Virus record (IMG/VR): IMGVR_UViG_3300037010_002844 | Location: 124,001-188,000 of that record | Reading direction: 5' to 3' (one strand) | DNA: 64,000 nucleotides | Shown here: in pieces, positions 58,465-64,000 of the stretch | How positions within the stretch are numbered: position 1 is the first letter of the stretch | Layout: every line of letters begins with the position of its first letter | The notes under the pieces: model-generated | The model's input: only the letters and a program-made list of their open reading frames with translations | Databases searched by the model: none | What the model was told of the DNA's origin: nothing | Position numbers and translations under genes: made by a program

Positions 58465-59114
58465 GCGTCTCCGAGGACGGTGGCGCCTGGGTATTTGTCG
58501 AGGTCGCCTTCATCGATCACAAGTTCAACTTCACGAGAGCGAAGGAACTGCAACTTATGGATGTCGCCCAGGAGGGCAAAATCATAATCTTTGAAAAAGT
58601 CAAGATTGAGACCTTCCTCGATCAACCAATCGGTCTCCGTCCGCGCACCGTACACCGGTCCGTGATAACACGCAATGTTGATCTTACCGGGTAGCGGTTT
58701 GACTGCTGCCCAACCTTCAACATCAAAGAGGCTGTAGATGCACCAAACGTAACCCGGTGAGAACTCATAGCAACCGCTCTGCTTGTAGAGATGAATCATC
58801 GGGTCCTTCAATGCCTCGACGATGGGAGTGACAGCATCCTGTCGCGAGAGGTTGACAAGGTTCCCGTCATGATTTCCGAGCGTCAAGTGAACCTCGGCGA
58901 CCGATGACATTGACTTGAGCCACCTCGTCAACTCATCGATGTACTCTGGGCTAAGGCCCGTCGTCTTGGTATGGAAGATGTCGCCACCGACAAAGATGTG
59001 CTCGATCCCCTGATCCTTGACGTCCTTGACAAAGGCATCAAAGACCTCACGGTACTCATCGTGCCGCGAAAGGCCTCGCCAGTGCACGTCTGCAATATGT
59101 GCTATCTTGAGCAT
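58461..59114 (-). CDS. sbcD: SbcD/Mre11 (gp47-like) nuclease, N-terminal part
   Basis: HIADVH, GGDIFH, GNHD, YHG, GDIHK; ends before the YPGS motif. Confidence 0.88.
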   Translation of the reverse strand: MLKIAHIADVHWRGLSRHDEYREVFDAFVKDVKDQGIEHIFVGGDIFHTKTTGLSPEYIDELTRWLKSMSSVAEVHLTLGNHDGNLVNLSRQDAVTPIVEALKDPMIHLYKQSGCYEFSPGYVWCIYSLFDVEGWAAVKPLPGKINIACYHGPVYGARTETDWLIEEGLNLDFFKDYDFALLGDIHKLQFLRSREVELVIDEGDLDKYPGATVLGDA

Positions 59115-59174
59115 GTGCCCTATCCAGAGGGTATAATTGAGCGCCCTGCCTGTACAAATACAATGGCGCTAACA

Positions 59175-60173
59175 TCACATTCTGATACGTAGGGGCACAT
59201 TGGTCGCTCGTGACAGGCGATCGAAGAATGAACTCGACCAGGTCGGTTCCTTCGCAGCCTCGACGGCAGCCTTGAACTGTTGCTTCGTCATCTTGCCTGG
59301 GTCGCCCCACTCACGGACATCGACCAGTGCCACGTCAACTGCGTATTCTTGCAACTTCTTGGCGATCCTGGGCGCCTTCGTCGCCCACATGTCACCGTCC
59401 AACGCTAGGGCAATGGGCGTACAATTAGCGATGATCTGAGAAAACAATCGTGACTCTTCGTTGAGGTCTGAGCCCAACAAAGGCACTGCGTTCTCACCAC
59501 ACTTCATCAGATCGAATGGCCCCTCGCAGATCACCAGACGACGCTTCCAGTCAATGTTGATCTCGTTGAATACGATGGATAGCTTGTCGTCCTCGGGATT
59601 GTCGTACTTCGGGCGCTTGTCCCACTCATCGACGCTACGACCCACGTAGAAGTTCAACTTGCCTTCCCAATCAAATGAAGGCATGATGACGCGGCGGCGC
59701 CAACGATGTTCACCTGAGACGCCAAGCTTGAAGTACCACGCGTCTCTACGAGTGACGTTCCTTTTCTTTAGGTAGGTCCAGGCCGCGAGGACGTCTGGAT
59801 CTGATAGCGACGCCAACGTCAGCAGCCTGAAGTCCTTGGGCAGCTCGAGAGGCTTTTTGTCGTTGTCGACGTCAATGTACCTGAGACGAGCGCGAACATC
59901 CTCAGGCATGAACTCATCGCGGTAGCGATTGAGTTGCGCCTGCGTTCCGTACTTCTTGATCAGGGGTGCCAGCGTGTGGGCCTTCCATCCGCACGACCAG
60001 CAGTGATTCACGTCATCTTCTACACGGATGACCAGCTTGCGCTTACTCGAATCCTTGTGCGAGTGACACGTGGGAATCGGACAGCGCACCCCGAAGTTCT
60101 TGCCGTTTGCAGCAAGGTGTCCCTTCCCAAATACGCTCTCGTAGAACTTACATTTCTCAGAGAGGCTCTGCAC
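59175..60173 (-). CDS. DNA primase (Zn finger + Toprim)
   Basis: CPIPTC..HCWSC, YLKKR, ICEGPFD, LDGD, DPG. Confidence 0.85.
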   Translation of the reverse strand: MQSLSEKCKFYESVFGKGHLAANGKNFGVRCPIPTCHSHKDSSKRKLVIRVEDDVNHCWSCGWKAHTLAPLIKKYGTQAQLNRYRDEFMPEDVRARLRYIDVDNDKKPLELPKDFRLLTLASLSDPDVLAAWTYLKKRNVTRRDAWYFKLGVSGEHRWRRRVIMPSFDWEGKLNFYVGRSVDEWDKRPKYDNPEDDKLSIVFNEINIDWKRRLVICEGPFDLMKCGENAVPLLGSDLNEESRLFSQIIANCTPIALALDGDMWATKAPRIAKKLQEYAVDVALVDVREWGDPGKMTKQQFKAAVEAAKEPTWSSSFFDRLSRATNVPLRIRM

Positions 60174-60197
60174 GCTTACATTGTCCCGCTCAGGACC

Positions 60198-60776
60198 TCA
60201 TATGTTCATGAGACAGGCAGCACGGGCAATAACGTACGCATCGGTTGCATCACGCGACCAATCGACGGAGGTACCGTTCTTCTTGGTCGGCCACTTCACA
60301 TGTGACAAATCGTGCTGTGCCATGTGATCGAAGACCTGCTCCTTCTGGCTCTTGCCTGCTACCGAAGGCTTCTGCAGCTTCAAGCCACACTGCTTGCGGG
60401 CCGTGGGTGCAGAGATGTAATTGGGCTCTACGTTGAAGGTGTTCCGTGAGATATACGAGACGATCCCGTTGAACCTCAGCAACGAGGCAATGGTCGTGGC
60501 AGACGACATCCCCTGTCGAAAGCCCAGTAGAGGTTCTTCAATTGCGACGGCAATCTCGGCATTAGCGTGATTGACGTGCAATCCGTTTAGGTAGTGAGCC
60601 ACCACGTCGGCCTTGTCCCACAGCGTCTTACACTTCTTGAACTCGATATGATCGAGGTGGACAATGTGATTGCCAGTCCCGTCGGGGACCACGTCACGGT
60701 CGATCAAACAGACGCCCGTAATCGACGTAGAAACATCGAGTCCCAACACGTAACGGCGTTTCATCTTCAGTGGCAT
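60198..60776 (-). CDS. RuvC-like Holliday junction resolvase
   Basis: VLGLDVSTSITG, AIEEP, DATDAYVIA. Confidence 0.85.
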   Translation of the reverse strand: MPLKMKRRYVLGLDVSTSITGVCLIDRDVVPDGTGNHIVHLDHIEFKKCKTLWDKADVVAHYLNGLHVNHANAEIAVAIEEPLLGFRQGMSSATTIASLLRFNGIVSYISRNTFNVEPNYISAPTARKQCGLKLQKPSVAGKSQKEQVFDHMAQHDLSHVKWPTKKNGTSVDWSRDATDAYVIARAACLMNI

Positions 60777-60816
60777 GTCATAACTGTGGACCCTCGCGGC
60801 CTCTCGTAAAATCGAG

Positions 60817-61233
60817 TTACAATAGACCTAGGCCCTTCAATTCACGCTCTGTGATTACTCGGAGGGCCACGCCGTGATCACGGCACCATATTCCAGCGGC
60901 CTCTAGCTTCTTGACAACCGTCGGACGGGTCAACCGCTTGGAAGGCTTGATTTCGACCACCTCGATGCGACCATCATCATACTCGATCTTGAAGTCTGGG
61001 ATATAACGGCGAACGCGGCCCGTCTTTTTGTTACTGATGTAGTCGATGGTAAATGCCTCGTACCACCAGGTCTTCACTGAAGCCTCACCGTCGAGGTACT
61101 CCATGAACTTGAGCTCCCATCCAGAGCGATACTTACACGCCGCGCCCGTCTTCGTCGAGGTGTATGTCCCCGTGATGTAGTGACCCTTGCGCTTCCGGCG
61201 CTTACGCTTGACGGGTGCTTTCTTGGCGGCCAT
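60817..61233 (-). CDS. Head completion nuclease (T4 gp4/TnsA-N-like)
   Basis: YRSGWELKFMEYLD, WWYE, RRYIPDF, EIKP, ITE. Confidence 0.85.
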   Translation of the reverse strand: MAAKKAPVKRKRRKRKGHYITGTYTSTKTGAACKYRSGWELKFMEYLDGEASVKTWWYEAFTIDYISNKKTGRVRRYIPDFKIEYDDGRIEVVEIKPSKRLTRPTVVKKLEAAGIWCRDHGVALRVITERELKGLGLL

Positions 61234-61269
61234 CTGTGGATTGTATTGCGTCCCACCAGATGAGCAACA

Positions 61270-63777
61270 TCAAAAGTCGATCCCGACTTTGAAAAGAATC
61301 CGATCCCCGTGGCGCTTGACGATGGGCTGAGCGAGTTGGGTCTTCGCCACCACGTTCAAGTTCTCGTCATGAAAATTGAGGCCAGTGATGTAGACGTAAT
61401 TGGGATCGTTGTCAGTCTTGAAGCCCGAGGCAGGTAGCAGCTTGAAGTTCGGGTTGGAACTTGAGTTGAGCTGATTTTGGGCCGCAATCACCTCTAGCTT
61501 TAGCGAGTGAATCGACTGGACACCTCTAAACGAGACCTCGAAGTGATCCTTTCCGTAGAAGTAGAGGTGCGGGTTCTTGATGACAATGATTCCCTCGTCG
61601 TAGAAGACGTTGCCCACAGAGTTCCATGTGGATGCTGAGGTGAAGGTGTCGGCGCGATAGATGTTACCGTTGCCGTCGTCCTTCAGGGTCATCGGCACAC
61701 GGCCATTTGAGCCAGTCATGCCGCTCTCGTAGAGCTCAAGGGTGCCAGGCATAATTCTTTGGCCATAGTACAGATTACTGACGTCAAAGAATGTCACCTG
61801 GTTGGATGAGGGATCACGAGTACGTTGGTAGATCGTCAGCGGGGCATTGTTTTCAACGCCCGGAATGTAAGTGCCCGATGCCACTGATTGAGTTAGCTTA
61901 CGCATGAACCCAACGTAGGCTCGGCCAGGCTGATTACCCGGTTGCTCTGGCGTGAACCCGATCAACTCGTCAATGAACCTATCGGCATCTGCGGCCGCCA
62001 CACCCTCCACGTCTTCAAAGGCGCTGCCAAACAAGATGGAGGCAGTAGACAGCATGTTGCCTAGGTGAACGTAGCTCAGTTCTTCGACCCCGTCGTCACC
62101 GACCATGATGGTCCTAAGGCTCTCGCTCGCCAACAGTTCATAGGCAGGGATAAAGTTGCCATCGTCGCACGGCAGGATCAGCAAGTTCCTAGCACGGACC
62201 TTGGGATCATCGTACAGAAAATCGTTGGCGGCTCGAGCCTCTGTGGTGTAGTCAATGACCGACGCCGACAGATCGTGAGCCCGAGGGAAGACGTCGCTCG
62301 CAAAGTCACGCAGGTAATTTTCAATGTTGATGTAGTGACCATTGACGCCGAACGACATGGCCACGTTGAACGGTGACTGCGTGGTGCCGTCGACCTCAAA
62401 GAAGGGCGTCTGCATGATGCCACCGTGAGTGCCGACGAACTGCCTGAAGGGCGATTCCTGAATGAAGAACGGAGGCAAATAGAAGGCGACCAGGTTCCAG
62501 TCGAGCAACTTGGGCCCCTGAGACGCAGAAAACACGATGTCATCGTTGCTCATGTAGAAGCGCTTGAGCGCCACGTCATGAAGTTCAGCATTCAACGGGT
62601 GATTGAAGGCTACCGCAGCTGAGATTGGCGCGTCGATTCCAACCGTGCCATTGAGTTGCGTCAGACCCTCACGGAGGGCCGGATCTGCCGCAAAGAACAA
62701 TGATTGCTCATTGTTGCCTTTGTTGGTCCCCTCCCAATAGTTGCCAACGCACAGAACCGATGGCATGCCCTGGGCAGGGTCGCCAAACAACAAGGGCGCC
62801 ACTGTGCCGCTTGGAATGACGAACAACCCCTTGTCAACGCCGTCAATGTTGAAGCTGCCAGTTCCTTGGTTGATGAGACTCGTGCCCCAGCGAACCACCA
62901 CGTGGTGCCAGCGATTCCACTGCAACGAGTTATCGTCAGACAAGAACACAAGATCGTTCGGATAATTTCCTGGCAATGCCTCTGACGGCCGCGTGTCTGC
63001 GCTATGGCTCAACTGGAGCAATAGACGATAGCCAAGAGGCCGACCATTTTGGTCCTTCGCTGAGCCAGTGACCAACGACAAGGCATAGCACGATGAAACG
63101 TGCATGATGGTGCCAGCCTTGAACTGGCCATTGGGCTCCTCTGTCTGGTAACGTGGATTGATGTAGAAATCGAACGAGAATGAACCACTCAATGAGTAAT
63201 TGAGCGCCACGTAACCCTCGTGAGCCTGGTCGCTCATAGAGACATCGTAGTTCGGATACAACAGCACTGAACTCGTCGGAACAGAAGATGCGGTGAAGAA
63301 GTTCAGGGAGTTGTAGTTGGAGTAGGCCCAGTGCGCCGACGGGTACGACGTCCTGTAGTATTTCATCAAGATGTCCTTGACGATCAACTTCCTCGTGGTG
63401 TTTGAGCTGAAGTTGACGGAAGGCGTGAACCTGATGATGTCGAGAATCTTCTGCTTACGCGCTGAGATCGCCTGGCTGTCGACCTTGGACAAGTAGTCAT
63501 CCAGCATCCCAGGAAACTTCTCTGCGATGGTACTGACGTACTTAGCCAGACGCCCCAGCATCGTCAACTGACCGATGGTTGCGTTGAGGTCAGAATCGTC
63601 TTTCGTCGCATCAACGAACCCGGGTAGGGAGGTGACGTCTTTTTCGATCGACGACCGTCGAGCAAAAACGTGAACTGACCCAGTCACGCCCATCGACGAC
63701 GAGGAATATTGCCTAATCGGATTGGCGATGACGCTGAACGACTCTAGGTCGTTCTGGCTAACGGGGGTGAGTGACAT
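61270..63777 (-). CDS. Virion/baseplate structural protein with LamG-like domain
   Basis: WHHVVVRW LamG motif; C-terminal DDGNGNIY..VGNVFYDEG..YITGLNFHDENLNVVAKTQLAQP. Confidence 0.65.
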   Translation of the reverse strand: MSLTPVSQNDLESFSVIANPIRQYSSSSMGVTGSVHVFARRSSIEKDVTSLPGFVDATKDDSDLNATIGQLTMLGRLAKYVSTIAEKFPGMLDDYLSKVDSQAISARKQKILDIIRFTPSVNFSSNTTRKLIVKDILMKYYRTSYPSAHWAYSNYNSLNFFTASSVPTSSVLLYPNYDVSMSDQAHEGYVALNYSLSGSFSFDFYINPRYQTEEPNGQFKAGTIMHVSSCYALSLVTGSAKDQNGRPLGYRLLLQLSHSADTRPSEALPGNYPNDLVFLSDDNSLQWNRWHHVVVRWGTSLINQGTGSFNIDGVDKGLFVIPSGTVAPLLFGDPAQGMPSVLCVGNYWEGTNKGNNEQSLFFAADPALREGLTQLNGTVGIDAPISAAVAFNHPLNAELHDVALKRFYMSNDDIVFSASQGPKLLDWNLVAFYLPPFFIQESPFRQFVGTHGGIMQTPFFEVDGTTQSPFNVAMSFGVNGHYINIENYLRDFASDVFPRAHDLSASVIDYTTEARAANDFLYDDPKVRARNLLILPCDDGNFIPAYELLASESLRTIMVGDDGVEELSYVHLGNMLSTASILFGSAFEDVEGVAAADADRFIDELIGFTPEQPGNQPGRAYVGFMRKLTQSVASGTYIPGVENNAPLTIYQRTRDPSSNQVTFFDVSNLYYGQRIMPGTLELYESGMTGSNGRVPMTLKDDGNGNIYRADTFTSASTWNSVGNVFYDEGIIVIKNPHLYFYGKDHFEVSFRGVQSIHSLKLEVIAAQNQLNSSSNPNFKLLPASGFKTDNDPNYVYITGLNFHDENLNVVAKTQLAQPIVKRHGDRILFKVGIDF

Positions 63778-63827
63778 TCCTGCTCCTCATCATAACTATA
63801 CCCCGTTGCATCGGGGGCCTCAGTCCG

Positions 63828-63965
63828 TCAGATGTTGCAGATGACACACTGGTTGGTCACCTGGCCATGTCGTGCCGTGGAACATTTGACTGAACAGAAC
63901 TTCTTGTCCTTCTTGTAAGACTCGAAGGGCTTTAAACACGTTTGGCATGTGTATTGATAACGCAT
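63828..63965 (-). pseudogene. Truncated Zn-finger N-terminus of an endonuclease-type gene (45 aa)
   Basis: MRYQYTCQTCLKPFES..KKFCSVKC..NQCVICNI*; breaks off at a hairpin (63801-63817). Confidence 0.5.
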
Positions 63966-64000
63966 GCCAAATCGTACAACTTTCTGTTTGACTGCTTACC

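Larger units (their letters stand above)
8963..63798 (-). promoter_or_regulatory. Dispersed putative late-promoter motif TA(C/T/G)TTA (span covers first to last copy)
   Basis: Copies at 8963, 10147, 10832, 11926, 16124, 19275, 22481, 23223, 24970, 32335, 34568, 35399, 36049, 38362, 44773, 45666, 53499, 55548, 63793, all shortly upstream of gene starts. Confidence 0.75.

Noticed and set aside
60817-61233. TnsA as evidence of a Tn7 transposon
   Set aside because: Short stand-alone domain matching gp4-type head completion nucleases; no TnsB/TnsC or transposon ends

Overview
The window is a ~58% GC segment of a large T4-like (contractile-tailed) phage genome. Essentially every gene is on the minus strand; the many plus-strand ORFs are antisense shadows. 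In transcription order (right to left) it carries: a LamG-containing virion protein, gp4-like head-completion nuclease, RuvC-like resolvase, primase, an unusually split/fused SbcD-SbcC pair, terminase large subunit, a portal interrupted by two HNH-bearing inteins, prohead protease, peptide deformylase, scaffold, gp23-like major capsid protein, an accessory block with a complete tmRNA gene (tag ANDNGVAPLALAA), a methyltransferase, fibre/appendage genes, a patatin phospholipase, neck gp13/gp14/gp15, two tandem ~1000-aa sheath paralogues, tail tube, a gp26-like chaperone with a probable +1 frameshift extension, a NUDIX fusion, tape measure, and a tube-initiator-like protein that runs off the left edge. 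Notable signals: (i) a dispersed family of small proteins sharing an N-terminal MK(I/L)TxxxLRxIIxEE leader, a candidate capsid-targeting tag; (ii) SbcD split inside its nuclease domain with its C-half fused to SbcC; (iii) a Gln-terminated intein; (iv) two recurring upstream motif classes (TANTTA and near-start TAnnAT); (v) three decayed free-standing endonuclease genes missed or only partly captured by the ORF track. All family assignments come from motif recognition, not database searches.
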